64,000 bases of DNA from Bacillota bacterium (GCA_015059195.1 SVAW01000001.1:13939-77938); one strand, 5' to 3'. Counted from the stretch's first letter, positions 1 through 10,271 are shown. Numbers and translations: made by a program. Notes: generated by a model not told the origin, from the letters alone.

Positions 1-69
1 AGTTGTATAAATCAAAGTTAAAATGTATAAAATAAGATATACTAAGCATGAAAATAGGAGGAAAGAAAG

Positions 70-1011
70 ATGAAAAAGAAGGGATTTACATTAATAGAAT
101 TATTAGCGGTAATAGTAGTGCTAGCAATAATAGCACTAATAGCAACACCAATAGTAATGAATGTAATTAGTAATGCTGAGAAAGGAGCAGCAGAAAGAAG
201 TGCAGATAATTATATTAAAGCAGTAGAAACATTAATTGCGACAAATGCGTTAGATGGAAAAAAGGTTAAAGATGGGATATATACAATAGATTCAAATGGA
301 AATCTTCAATTTGGTGATGTTGAAGTTAGTGGAACAAAATCAAACGGAGGCAGAATTACAATAAAAGATGGGAGAGTTGTTAGAGGAGAGACTACAATCA
401 CAATAGGGGACCACGCAGTAAGCTATAAAGATGAAAAAGTTGAAGCAAAAGAATTAGCCAAACTACTAGATGTATGTAGCTTAAAATCATCGACTCCAAA
501 TGTTGTAGGGGCAGAATATCTATGCAACTTAGGAGATGGAGATAGAACATTCTATGTATTAGAAGCAGGAACAACAAGTAACCCAGCAACATTAATACTA
601 TATGGGAATTATGATACAATGACTTTGGCGTGGTGTGACCAGAATGGAGATAATCCGAAAAACAATTCGTGTCATGCAGATGGCTTAGAACTAAAATTAG
701 ATGAAATAGCATTAGCTTGGAACAAATTAGGTAGAAGCCAAATAGAAATACCAAGCATGGAGCAAATTATGGTGGCAGATGGAAGAGGCGAAAATGATTA
801 TGAAGGAGGGCAATTACAGCTAAGTAACAAGTTTTTATATCGTGGTTATCCGACAACCGATACCACAACACAGGGTTATTGGACATCTACCGGCAGCCCC
901 ACTAATGCCTATTATGCACTGCTTTTAAATCGCTATGGTCAAACTGCCTCAAATTATGTATATTCAGATGATTTATATGGCATTCGCCCAATTATAGAAC
1001 TTTCAATTTAA
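70..1011 (+). CDS. Type IV pilin-like protein (prepilin N-terminal cleavage/methylation motif) with C-terminal CLec-like (DGR-target-type) domain
   Basis: N-terminus MKKKG|FTLIELLAVIVVLAIIALIA is a class III signal peptide; C-terminus YWTST...YGIRPIIEL resembles the YW..S...G(V/I)RP end of C-type-lectin-fold DGR targets; RBS GGAGG at 57-61. Confidence 0.85.
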   Translation: MKKKGFTLIELLAVIVVLAIIALIATPIVMNVISNAEKGAAERSADNYIKAVETLIATNALDGKKVKDGIYTIDSNGNLQFGDVEVSGTKSNGGRITIKDGRVVRGETTITIGDHAVSYKDEKVEAKELAKLLDVCSLKSSTPNVVGAEYLCNLGDGDRTFYVLEAGTTSNPATLILYGNYDTMTLAWCDQNGDNPKNNSCHADGLELKLDEIALAWNKLGRSQIEIPSMEQIMVADGRGENDYEGGQLQLSNKFLYRGYPTTDTTTQGYWTSTGSPTNAYYALLLNRYGQTASNYVYSDDLYGIRPIIELSI

Positions 1012-1085
1012 GGTATTAGATACAAAAAGTTTTAGATAATGAACAATAATAAAAGTACATAAGCTTATGATTTGATATGTATTTC

Positions 1086-1117
1086 AAAACGACATTATAA
1101 TTGTTAATGTCGTTTTT
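1086..1117. terminator. Rho-independent terminator after the pilin-like gene
   Basis: AAAACGACATTA-N7-TAATGTCGTTTT perfect inverted repeat ending in a T run. Confidence 0.75.
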
Positions 1118-1214
1118 ATATTAAGTTGTGTTATAATAAAAAAGGACTGTGTGCTTTGTGAACAAACATAGATTTATTGAGAAAACAACTTTTCAATATA
1201 AGAGAGGAGCAATT

Positions 1215-2393
1215 ATGGACAAATTAATATTTATAAAATATGGGGAATTAAGCACTAAAAAAGACAATCGAAAAATGTTTATTAAAATACTTTTAAAAAA
1301 TATAAAGAACAAATTAGAAGGCTTGTTTTATGAAATAGAATATACAACTTCAAGAATGTATATCAAAACAAATGCTCATAATTTAAAGGAAATTATAAAC
1401 AGATTAACAGAAGTATTTGGAATACACAGTATAGTTATATGTGATAGGGTAAATAATAATAAAAAAGAAATTGAAAATAAAGTTATTGAAGTAGTAAAAG
1501 ATTTACAGTTTAACACTTTTAAGGTAGAAACAAAACGTTCTAATAAAAGTTTTCCGATGACTTCATTAGAATTTAGTAAGTATATTGGTGGAGTAGTTTT
1601 AAAAAATGTTGACTGCAGTGTTGATGTGCACAACCCGGATATAATTATTAATATAGAAATAAGGACAGAGGGAACATTTATTTATACTCAAGAAATAAAT
1701 GGTTTAGGTGGATATCCAGTAGGTGTTCAAGGTAAGGGAATGCTGATGCTTAGTGGTGGAATAGATTCCCCTGTTGCAGGATATCTGGCTTTAAAAAGAG
1801 GAGTCGATTTAGAGTGTTTATATTTTGAATCTCCTCCACATACTAGTTTAGAAGCTAAGAATAAAGTGATAAAACTTGCCTCTATAGTTAATAAATACTC
1901 TGGCAATTTAAAGGTTCATGTAGTTCCATTTACTAGCATTCAAGAAGCAATTTATAAAAATGTTCCAGATACTTATATTATTACCATTATGAGAAGAATG
2001 ATGTATCGTATTACGGAAAGATTTAGTAAAAAACGTAATTGTAAGGTAATTGTAAATGGAGAAAGTATTGGACAAGTAGCAAGTCAAACTTTAACAAGTA
2101 TGGTTGTTATTAACAATGTTACAAATATGCCTGTAATACGACCAGTTGCGTGTTTGGATAAATTGGAAATTATTGATTTATCCTTAAAAATAGGAACTTA
2201 TGAAACTAGTATTTTACCATTTGAAGATTGTTGTACAATTTTTGTGCCACGGCATCCAGTTATTAATCCAGAACTTGATAAATGTATAGAATATGAAAAG
2301 CTATTTGATTATGAGGCATTAATTAACGATTGTATTAACAATATTGAAACAATAAACAATTTAGAAATTAATAATTATAACGATTTGTTATAA
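1215..2393 (+). CDS. thiI: tRNA 4-thiouridine(8) synthase ThiI
   Basis: IKYGELSTK start, THUMP region, PP-loop [25 protein letters not shown]; start moved to ATG 1215 behind GAGGAG. Confidence 0.95.
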   Translation: MDKLIFIKYGELSTKKDNRKMFIKILLKNIKNKLEGLFYEIEYTTSRMYIKTNAHNLKEIINRLTEVFGIHSIVICDRVNNNKKEIENKVIEVVKDLQFNTFKVETKRSNKSFPMTSLEFSKYIGGVVLKNVDCSVDVHNPDIIINIEIRTEGTFIYTQEINGLGGYPVGVQGKGMLMLSGGIDSPVAGYLALKRGVDLECLYFESPPHTSLEAKNKVIKLASIVNKYSGNLKVHVVPFTSIQEAIYKNVPDTYIITIMRRMMYRITERFSKKRNCKVIVNGESIGQVASQTLTSMVVINNVTNMPVIRPVACLDKLEIIDLSLKIGTYETSILPFEDCCTIFVPRHPVINPELDKCIEYEKLFDYEALINDCINNIETINNLEINNYNDLL

Positions 2394-2418
2394 CCCAAAA
2401 ATTACCATCAAAAAAAAT

Positions 2419-2447
2419 GTATGAAACAGCTTTCTGTACACATTCTA
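2419..2447 (+). promoter_or_regulatory. Putative sigmaG (forespore) promoter of SASP gene
   Basis: GTATG-N17-CATTCTA matches the sigmaG consensus (GHATR-N17/18-CATWHTA), directly upstream of a SASP gene. Confidence 0.65.
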
Positions 2448-2470
2448 TAAGTGTACAGGAGGTGAGTACA

Positions 2471-2686
2471 GTGAATAACAAAAGTAATACAAATAAATTA
2501 GTAGTTCCAGGAGCTAAACAAGCTATCGAAAGAATGAAGTATGAAATCGCTTCAGAATTTGGTGTTAATTTAGGACCAGATGCTACTTCAAGAGCTAACG
2601 GTTCAGTTGGTGGAGAAATCACTAAAAGATTAGTTCAAATGGGTGAACAACACTTAGGAAGTGCCACTAACTACCAAGGTAAATAA
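2471..2686 (+). CDS. sspA: Small acid-soluble spore protein, alpha/beta type
   Basis: NKLVVPGA...[11 protein letters not shown]...[17 protein letters not shown]; GTG start behind AGGAGGTG; thiI-ssp order as in Bacillus. Confidence 0.92.
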   Translation: MNNKSNTNKLVVPGAKQAIERMKYEIASEFGVNLGPDATSRANGSVGGEITKRLVQMGEQHLGSATNYQGK

Positions 2687-2696
2687 TAATGAAAAT

Positions 2697-2722
2697 GGAC
2701 AGTTAATAGGCTGTCTTTTTTT
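2697..2722 (+). terminator. Rho-independent terminator
   Basis: GGACAGTT-AATA-GGCTGTCT hairpin (G-U pairs) followed by a T run. Confidence 0.65.
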
Positions 2723-2784
2723 AGTTCTACTTTTAGTCGGTTGATAAAAAGATTAAGCTTCTATATAATTAATTTCAGATAGGA

Positions 2785-3702
2785 GTGATTAATGTGCAGT
2801 ATGATGAAATTGGTAGTTTTATTGCAAAATTAAGAAGAGAAAAAAACTTAACCCAAAAAGATTTGGCTTCTAAATTAGGTGTTACAGATAAGGCTGTGTC
2901 TAAGTGGGAACGAGGTCTGGGATGTCCTGATGTCTCATTATTAGAAACATTATCCAAGGTTTTAAATGTGTCTATATTAGAGCTATTAAAGGGTAAAAGA
3001 ATAGATGTACAAGAATTAAATGAAAATAACGCAAATGAATTTATTATAGAAACAGTTAACTATTCTAAAAAAGAGAAAATTAAAAAATATAAAAGAATAT
3101 TATTAAATATTTTAAGTTGTTTGATAGTAACGATCGTAATTGTTTTAACTTTGGCGAATATTCTTCAGATGATTTATTTAAATAGAAACATTAGTTATAC
3201 TTCAAATGACTTTTTAATAGATAAGGTTCATGATGATTTAAAAATATTGGATAAAAATATTAGTATTATAAAAGATAATCTTGATATTTTTAGTCAGGAA
3301 GACTATTTTGCAATTATAAGTAATTTAGAGCAAATATATAATGGTATTTCGAATTCCAAATTATTAAAGATTCAGGGAAAATATAATTTGAAGTTGAAAG
3401 AATTATATGATTTTAATAAAAATAGTTATAAGCAAGCTTATATAGTTAGGTGTTATGAAATATTAAGTAAGTATGATCCTAGGATGACATTAATTTTAGA
3501 AATGACAAAACATGATTTTATTAATAAAGCTTATTTAAACAATAATTTATATAATGATTCAATAAATATTTATAAGTATGAAATCATTTTTAATGACTCT
3601 CTTTTTGATATCGAAAATAATATATATGAATTACTTGCTTTATCTAGTCAATCATTGTTGCTTAGTCAATATGTAATGGAAGTTGGTGAGATTAATGAAT
3701 AA
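2785..3702 (+). CDS. XRE-family HTH transcriptional regulator with a transmembrane segment
   Basis: LRREKNLTQKDLASKLGVTDKAVSKWERG HTH_3 motif, hydrophobic segment at aa ~105-130. Confidence 0.85.
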   Translation: MINVQYDEIGSFIAKLRREKNLTQKDLASKLGVTDKAVSKWERGLGCPDVSLLETLSKVLNVSILELLKGKRIDVQELNENNANEFIIETVNYSKKEKIKKYKRILLNILSCLIVTIVIVLTLANILQMIYLNRNISYTSNDFLIDKVHDDLKILDKNISIIKDNLDIFSQEDYFAIISNLEQIYNGISNSKLLKIQGKYNLKLKELYDFNKNSYKQAYIVRCYEILSKYDPRMTLILEMTKHDFINKAYLNNNLYNDSINIYKYEIIFNDSLFDIENNIYELLALSSQSLLLSQYVMEVGEINE

Positions 3703-4327
3703 GATATTAAGTATAATTAAAAATTTATTGCTTATATTCATTACCTGTTTATTTTTTGTATTTGTTTTACAAAATGGAATATTACGTTTTGAAATTTGGT
3801 TGTTTATAATAGGATTATTTGATTTAATAATATTAAACATTAAAGATTGTAAAAATAAAATATCAGCTGATAATCGATATCAGATATTACAAATTATCAC
3901 ATTCTTGGTGATAATAGTAGTATTGAATCGTTCATTGTTTGATCAGTCTTTAATTATAGATATAAGTAATGTAAAAGAGGTAAAATCATTATATTTTTCA
4001 CAAAACATTAATTTATTTTTAATCCTTTTTGCCTTACTTCATATTTATCATTTTATTGTAAACGAAGTAAATAAAAAAATCCACAAATATAGCTTTTCTA
4101 GTATTATTTACTTAGTTATAAATATTATATTCTTTCAATATACTCTCGAATTATTTGTAAGTTATTTAACTAACACAACATTCCCATTATTATTTTTTGC
4201 ATTAAATACAATATTATTAGTGGTGGAAATTGTAAGTTTAATAAAACATAATGGCGTAAAAAAGGAATGGCCAATTTACATTTGTTTTTTGTTTAATTTA
4301 TTCGCATATATCGCTATGTTTATTTAA
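3695..4327 (+). CDS. Hypothetical multi-pass membrane protein
   Basis: About 7 hydrophobic segments; ATG overlaps the XRE stop (translational coupling). Confidence 0.7.
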   Translation: MNKILSIIKNLLLIFITCLFFVFVLQNGILRFEIWLFIIGLFDLIILNIKDCKNKISADNRYQILQIITFLVIIVVLNRSLFDQSLIIDISNVKEVKSLYFSQNINLFLILFALLHIYHFIVNEVNKKIHKYSFSSIIYLVINIIFFQYTLELFVSYLTNTTFPLLFFALNTILLVVEIVSLIKHNGVKKEWPIYICFLFNLFAYIAMFI

Positions 4328-4392
4328 TTGGAATAAATTGTATACTTAAAATTTGCTATCTTGGGAATTATAATAATAAAGGTGGTGAAATT

Positions 4393-4584
4393 ATGAACAA
4401 TAATAAATTAGTAGTTCCAGGAGCTCGTGAAGCTTTAGAACGAATGAAATATGAAATTGCCTCTGAATTAGGAATCACGCTAGGTGCAGATACAACATCA
4501 CGTCTTAATGGAACAATTGGTGGAGAGATGACTAGAAGATTAGTTCGTTTAGGAGAACAATACTATGGTAGCCAATCACGTTAA
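4393..4584 (+). CDS. Small acid-soluble spore protein, alpha/beta type (second copy)
   Basis: NKLVVPGA...[11 protein letters not shown]...TSRLNGTIGGEMTRRLV; RBS AAGGTGG. Confidence 0.92.
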   Translation: MNNNKLVVPGAREALERMKYEIASELGITLGADTTSRLNGTIGGEMTRRLVRLGEQYYGSQSR

Positions 4585-4645
4585 AGAATATATAAAACTA
4601 GTCAAATACGGAATGAAATATTACAAAAATGTTGAAAAGAAAAAG

Positions 4646-4669
4646 ACTGTTAACTAATTTGTTAACAGT
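4646..4669. terminator. Bidirectional terminator between convergent SASP and clpP
   Basis: ACTGTTAAC-N6-GTTAACAGT flanked by A and T runs. Confidence 0.65.
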
Positions 4670-4670
4670 T

Positions 4671-5246
4671 TTATAATATTTTATCAATTATTCCGTAATC
4701 AAGAGCTTCATGTGCACTTAAATAATAATCGCGTTCAGTATCTTTTTCAATTTTATCTAAAGGTTGATTTGTATTTTTTGAAAGCATTTTATTCAGTTTA
4801 TCTTTAAGTTTTAATATTCTTTCAGCTGCAATTTTAATTTCAGTTGCTTGACCACGGGCTCCGCCTAAAGGCTGGTGAATCATGACTTCACTGTTAGGTA
4901 GACAACAACGTTTTCCTAAAGCTCCAGAACTTAACAGAAATGCTGCCATACTAGCCGCCATTCCTACACATATTGTTGAAACATTACTTTTGATAAAGTT
5001 CATAGTGTCTAATATGGCCATTCCTGCAGTAACAGATCCGCCGGGTGAATTAATATACAAACTAATATCGTTGTGATTGATTGAATCTAAATATAGTAAC
5101 TGCGCTACTACTACATTTGCAACATCATCGGTGATTTCACCGCTAAGTATAATAATGCGATCTTTTAAAAGTCTAGAGTAAATGTCATATGCGCGTTCAT
5201 AATTATTATTTTTTTCAATAACTGTAGGTATTAACATGTTTTTCAT
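4671..5246 (-). CDS. clpP: ATP-dependent Clp protease proteolytic subunit
   Basis: [21 protein letters not shown], catalytic AASMA, MIHQP, ERD motifs. Confidence 0.96.
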   Translation of the reverse strand: MKNMLIPTVIEKNNNYERAYDIYSRLLKDRIIILSGEITDDVANVVVAQLLYLDSINHNDISLYINSPGGSVTAGMAILDTMNFIKSNVSTICVGMAASMAAFLLSSGALGKRCCLPNSEVMIHQPLGGARGQATEIKIAAERILKLKDKLNKMLSKNTNQPLDKIEKDTERDYYLSAHEALDYGIIDKIL

Positions 5247-5343
5247 CTCCCAATATTATAATAGTAATAATTTTATTAAATTATGCATAAAAATATGTGA
5301 CAAAAGATATGTAATTTGATAAAATGTATATAGAATAAGAGGG

Positions 5344-7014
5344 ATGATGAAGATGATTGTAAAAGTTGGGTTTAGAAATTTGGAAACCAAAGAGTATCCG
5401 AAGGGAATTACTCTATATGAGGTGGCTCAAGAATTTCAACGTTATTATAACTATCCAATATTGGCTGCTAAAGTTGATAATGAGATATGTGATTTAAGCA
5501 AGACTATTGATAAAAAGTGTATTGTTGATTTTTATGATCGTAGTAGTTATGTGGGACACAGTGTATATGGCTGTAGTGTTCAATTTATGATGATTGTTGC
5601 TATTCATAGATTATTTGGAGATAAGGTTGAGGTAAAAATTCAAAATTCTATTGATAAAGGGGTTTTTTGCCAAGTATATGGTCTTGAATTGACTAAACAG
5701 ATTGTTCAGAAGATTGAAGATGCGATGTTCGATTTGGTGCACGAAGACTTGCGTTATAATAAGATAAGTGTTTCTAGATTTGATGCTATAGATTATTTTA
5801 AAAGAAAAAAACAAATGGACAAAGTGAAAGTACTAAAATACATTAGTAATTCATATGTTAATCTTTATCGTTTAGATGATGTATACGATTATTTCTTTAA
5901 TGAAATGGCTTATAGTACCAAGCATATAGATAGTTTTAAACTAACTTATATTACACATGATGGCTTTGTCTTAAGCTATCCAAACATTTATACTCCAGAT
6001 TGTACATTTGATTATTTTCATAGACCATTAATAGCAGATACTTTTGCTGAATATACAAAATGGGGAGAGTTAATCAATGTAGATACAGCCGCTGATTTAA
6101 ATGAAATTGTATCACAGGGAAAATATGGCGATATTATTCGTTTGTCTGAAGCACACTATGAAAGCCAATTAGCAAATATCGCTGAAAAAATTTATGAAAA
6201 GAAAAATAATATTAAACTAGTATTATTAGCCGGACCTTCTTCCAGTGGGAAAACAACAACCTCTAAGAAGTTGGCGCTATATTTACAAAGTAAAGGGTAT
6301 AGAACACATAGTATTTCCATTGATGATTATTTTTACAATAGGGATGAAACACCAAGGGATGAAGACGGTGAATATGATTTTGAATCACTTCGTGCAATCG
6401 ATGTAAATCTATTTAACAAACACTTAAACAAATTATTGTCTGGTGAAAAGGTTTTGCTTCCAGAATATAATTTTATATTAGGAAAAAGAGAATACAAGAA
6501 AAAATGGTTACAACTTACAGAAAATGATATAGTAATAATAGAAGGTCTCCATGCTATTAATGAAGAATTAACTGTGTCAATTGAAAGAAGAAATAAATTT
6601 AAGATTTATATTTGTCCATTTACTCAACTTAACATAGATAAACATAATCGTGTTCATACTAGTGATACTAGAAGATTAAGGAGAATTGTGAGAGACAACA
6701 AATACCGTGGACATAATGCAGCAGATACACTTAGAATGTGGAAGAAAATTAGAGAAGGTGAAGAAAAGTATATCTTCCCATACCAGGATGATATTGATAT
6801 GGTTATAAATTCTGCGTTAATGTATGAATTAGGAGTTTTAAAAACTTATGCTGAACCTTTGCTATTTTCTGTTTCTGAAGATGACGAGATGTATCCAGAG
6901 GCAATTAGACTTATTAATTTCTTGAGGAATTTCTTGCCAATTCCTAGTGATGAAGTGCCAAGAGATTCAGTGTTGCGTGAGTTTATAGGAAATAGTGGAT
7001 TTAGCCAAAATTAG
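5344..7014 (+). CDS. Nucleoside (uridine) kinase family protein with ThrRS/TGS-like N-terminal region
   Basis: P-loop AGPSSSGKTT, ISIDDY, IEGLH, RRIVRD motifs. Confidence 0.85.
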   Translation: MMKMIVKVGFRNLETKEYPKGITLYEVAQEFQRYYNYPILAAKVDNEICDLSKTIDKKCIVDFYDRSSYVGHSVYGCSVQFMMIVAIHRLFGDKVEVKIQNSIDKGVFCQVYGLELTKQIVQKIEDAMFDLVHEDLRYNKISVSRFDAIDYFKRKKQMDKVKVLKYISNSYVNLYRLDDVYDYFFNEMAYSTKHIDSFKLTYITHDGFVLSYPNIYTPDCTFDYFHRPLIADTFAEYTKWGELINVDTAADLNEIVSQGKYGDIIRLSEAHYESQLANIAEKIYEKKNNIKLVLLAGPSSSGKTTTSKKLALYLQSKGYRTHSISIDDYFYNRDETPRDEDGEYDFESLRAIDVNLFNKHLNKLLSGEKVLLPEYNFILGKREYKKKWLQLTENDIVIIEGLHAINEELTVSIERRNKFKIYICPFTQLNIDKHNRVHTSDTRRLRRIVRDNKYRGHNAADTLRMWKKIREGEEKYIFPYQDDIDMVINSALMYELGVLKTYAEPLLFSVSEDDEMYPEAIRLINFLRNFLPIPSDEVPRDSVLREFIGNSGFSQN

Positions 7015-7028
7015 AAAAGAGGAATAGA

Positions 7029-8033
7029 ATGATTAGAGTAGCAATTAATGGATTTGGGAGAATAGGAAGATTAGTATTTAGACTAATGGAAGAAGATCCT
7101 ACTTTTGAAGTAGTAGCAATCAATGATTTAACAGATGCTGAACAATTAGCGTATTTACTTAAGTATGATACAAATCATCGTAACTATCGTGTAAACGAAA
7201 TCAGTTTTGAAGGAAATGAAATTATTGTAGGTGAAAGAAGGGTAAAAGTTTTTGCGGAAAAAGATCCAAATAATTTACCTTGGAAAGAGTTAGGGATTGA
7301 CGAAGTTTTTGAATGTACTGGTAAGTTTACAAACAAAGATGACGCGATGGCACATATTAATGCCGGAGCTAAAAAAGTAATTATATCAGCGCCAGCAAAA
7401 GGCGACTTAAAAACCATCGTATATAACGTAAATGAAGAAATTTTGGACGGAAGTGAACAAGTTATAAGTGCAGCAAGTTGTACAACAAATTGTTTAGCTC
7501 CAGTTGCAAAAGTACTTCATGATGAATTTGGAATTGTTAAAGGTTATATGACTACAGTTCATGCATATACGAATGATCAAACAATATTAGATGTAGCACA
7601 TAAAAAAGGAATCAAGGCCCGTCGTGGTCGTGCTGGAGCTGCTAATATTATCCCATCTTCTACAGGTGCGGCTAGTGCATTAGGGTTGGTTATCCCGGAA
7701 CTTGCTGGAAGACTTGATGGAAGTGCACTACGTGTTCCTACTTCAACTGGTTCAGTGGTAGATTTAACTTTAGAGTTGGGGAAAAATACTACTGTAGAAG
7801 AAGTTAACAATGCTTTAAAAAACCATACTAATGAAACTTTAGGATTTACTATGGATCCAATCGTTTCAAGCGATATAATTGGATCTAATGTCGGAGCATT
7901 AGTAGATGGGTTGTTAACTGATATTTTAGACGTAGACGGTAAACAACTTGTAAAAGTAGTAGCTTGGTATGATAACGAAATGGGTTACAGCACACAAATG
8001 GTTAGGACAGCCAAATATTTAATGAAAAAATAG
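7029..8033 (+). CDS. gap: Glyceraldehyde-3-phosphate dehydrogenase type I
   Basis: INGFGRIGR, ASCTTNCL, WYDNE. Confidence 0.97.
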   Translation: MIRVAINGFGRIGRLVFRLMEEDPTFEVVAINDLTDAEQLAYLLKYDTNHRNYRVNEISFEGNEIIVGERRVKVFAEKDPNNLPWKELGIDEVFECTGKFTNKDDAMAHINAGAKKVIISAPAKGDLKTIVYNVNEEILDGSEQVISAASCTTNCLAPVAKVLHDEFGIVKGYMTTVHAYTNDQTILDVAHKKGIKARRGRAGAANIIPSSTGAASALGLVIPELAGRLDGSALRVPTSTGSVVDLTLELGKNTTVEEVNNALKNHTNETLGFTMDPIVSSDIIGSNVGALVDGLLTDILDVDGKQLVKVVAWYDNEMGYSTQMVRTAKYLMKK

Positions 8034-8037
8034 TTAT

Positions 8038-8062
8038 AAGCAAGGCCTATCTTGCTTTTTTT
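8038..8062 (+). terminator. Rho-independent terminator after gap
   Basis: AAGCAAG-N6-CTTGCTT followed by a T run. Confidence 0.6.
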
Positions 8063-8108
8063 CTTGTAAAATAACAAAAAAAATTATACAATAATTATAG
8101 GTGATAAT

Positions 8109-9065
8109 ATGATGAAAAATAAACGTGGGTTCACACTAATAGAAGCAATTGGGATTGTAACTATTCTAGCTTTAATGTTATTATTAGTAGTTCCATCTAT
8201 AACTAAAACATTAAAGAGGAATGAACAAAAAAAATATAATGGTTATCTTAATAATCTAAAGAGCGCTACAGAATCTTATATTGTCGAGAAGTTAAAAGAA
8301 GAGGTCGTTATAGGAGATGAATACTATGTTACTTTAGGTAATTTAATTGATACTAAATTTATTCGGGAGTCAATTAAAAATCCAGAAAATGATGGTGTTT
8401 TATCACGCGAGACAAAAATCAAAGTGACAAAGAATTTAGATGGTACAAGGTATTATACTATTCAACCACATTATCTATTGCCAGAAACTTATACTTTAGT
8501 AGACTATATCGAAAGTAACGGAACACAGTATATTGATACAAAAGTAATTCCTAATTCAATAACTACATTAAAGTTAGAATTAAGTTTTAGTGACTATAAC
8601 GAATCTAGTAGTGCTAGAAGCTTTGTTGGAGTTCAATCTTTAGATGAGAGTGCTTTTTCGGTAGCTTTTGCTCCAAGCTATAGTAATACATTAAATGTTT
8701 TTATAGATAGAACTGATGATGTGGAAATACTAGATGTTACAGATGAAATAATTGCAAATCAAAATCAGTTTACTTTAGAAAATGGTAGTGTTAATTATGG
8801 AGATCAGAATGGTATTTTAACTTCAAAAACAACAACGCACAATACAAGTCTAATTGTTTTTGGAGTAAGAGAAGATGATTCTATCACACCTTTTTCAACA
8901 TATGATATGCAATTATATGGGTTTGAGATATATGATGATAATGATATGATTAGGGATTTTGTTCCTTGTTATAGAAATTCGGATAATCAAGTTGGATTAT
9001 TTGACTTAGTAAATTTTGTTTTCTATACAAATAAAGGTACAGGTACTTTTGAATACGGAGAGTAA
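8109..9065 (+). CDS. Type IV pilin-like protein with C-terminal beta-rich (ConA/LamG-like) domain
   Basis: KRG|FTLIEAIGIVTILALMLLLVVP class III signal; C-terminal LPETYTLVDYIESNGTQYIDT...RDFVPCYR...VGLFDLV module. Confidence 0.8.
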   Translation: MMKNKRGFTLIEAIGIVTILALMLLLVVPSITKTLKRNEQKKYNGYLNNLKSATESYIVEKLKEEVVIGDEYYVTLGNLIDTKFIRESIKNPENDGVLSRETKIKVTKNLDGTRYYTIQPHYLLPETYTLVDYIESNGTQYIDTKVIPNSITTLKLELSFSDYNESSSARSFVGVQSLDESAFSVAFAPSYSNTLNVFIDRTDDVEILDVTDEIIANQNQFTLENGSVNYGDQNGILTSKTTTHNTSLIVFGVREDDSITPFSTYDMQLYGFEIYDDNDMIRDFVPCYRNSDNQVGLFDLVNFVFYTNKGTGTFEYGE

Positions 9066-9086
9066 ATAGAAATTTAAGGTGAAAAA

Positions 9087-10271
9087 ATGAAAAGAACAAT
9101 TAAAGATTATGAATTAAATAATAAAAAAGTTATTATTAGATGCGATTTTAATGTGCCAATTAAAGATGGTAAAATCACAGATGATAATAGAATTATCGAA
9201 AGTATACCAACAATAAAATATGCATTAGAACAAGGGGCTAAAGTTATCCTTATGTCTCATTTGGGGAGAGTAAAAACAATTGAAGATAAACTTAAAAATA
9301 CACTGGCACCAGTAGCTAAGAGACTAAGTGAATTGTTACAGATTAATGTCACATTTATTGCGGAAACTAGAGGCGAAAAATTAGAAGAGGCTATATCTAA
9401 TGTTAATTCTGGAGAGGTAATTTTAATGGAGAATACGCGATTTGAGGACTTGGATGGCAAAAAGGAAAGTGGTAACGATCCTGAATTAGGAACATATTGG
9501 GCCTCTTTAGGAGAGATATTCATTAATGATGCTTTTGGAACATGCCACCGGGCACATGCATCAAATGTAGGAATTGGGTCTAAATTGCCAAATGGAATAG
9601 GTTTTTTAGTCGAAAAAGAACTTAATATTTTAGGTAAAACATTAGAACAACCAGATAAACCATTTACTGTTATTTTGGGTGGGGCTAAAGTTAGCGACAA
9701 AATCAAAGTTATTGAAAACTTGGTTAAAATAGCAGATTATATTTTAGTTGGTGGAGGAATGGCGTATACTTTTCTAAAATCACAGGGGATTGAAATAGGA
9801 GCTTCATTGTTAGATGAAGATAGTCTAAATTTTTGCCAGCAAATATTTGAAAAATATCCGGAAAAAATAATTTTACCAATAGATGCGGTTTGTTCAAAAA
9901 ATATTGAATCTCTAGATTTACCTGTTACTAAATTCATTACAGATTTAAGTCATGATGATATTGGATTGGATGTTGGTTGGGCCACAACAGGATTATTTAT
10001 TCAATATTTGAAGGATAGTCAAACCATTATTTGGAATGGACCATTAGGGATGTTTGAGAAAGAGCAATATCAAGATGGAACTAAAAAAATATGTGAGTAT
10101 TTGTCAAAGTCAGGGAAGACTGTTATAATTGGTGGTGGAGACACTTCAGCAGCCGCTATTTTATTTGGATATAAAGATGCCTTTACTCATATATCTACAG
10201 GTGGCGGTGCATCATTGGAAATGATGGAAGGCAAAGTATTACCAGGAGTTGAGATAATAAATGAAAGATAA
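9087..10271 (+). CDS. pgk: Phosphoglycerate kinase
   Basis: RCDFNVP, SHLGR, NDAFGT, GGAKVSDKI, HISTGGGASLE. Confidence 0.97.
   Translation: MKRTIKDYELNNKKVIIRCDFNVPIKDGKITDDNRIIESIPTIKYALEQGAKVILMSHLGRVKTIEDKLKNTLAPVAKRLSELLQINVTFIAETRGEKLEEAISNVNSGEVILMENTRFEDLDGKKESGNDPELGTYWASLGEIFINDAFGTCHRAHASNVGIGSKLPNGIGFLVEKELNILGKTLEQPDKPFTVILGGAKVSDKIKVIENLVKIADYILVGGGMAYTFLKSQGIEIGASLLDEDSLNFCQQIFEKYPEKIILPIDAVCSKNIESLDLPVTKFITDLSHDDIGLDVGWATTGLFIQYLKDSQTIIWNGPLGMFEKEQYQDGTKKICEYLSKSGKTVIIGGGDTSAAAILFGYKDAFTHISTGGGASLEMMEGKVLPGVEIINER

Noticed and set aside
878-1011. Pilin 3' end and 22217-22351 as a TR/VR pair
   Set aside because: They differ at many non-adenine positions and neither is AAC-rich, so they are paralogous targets at most, not template and target.
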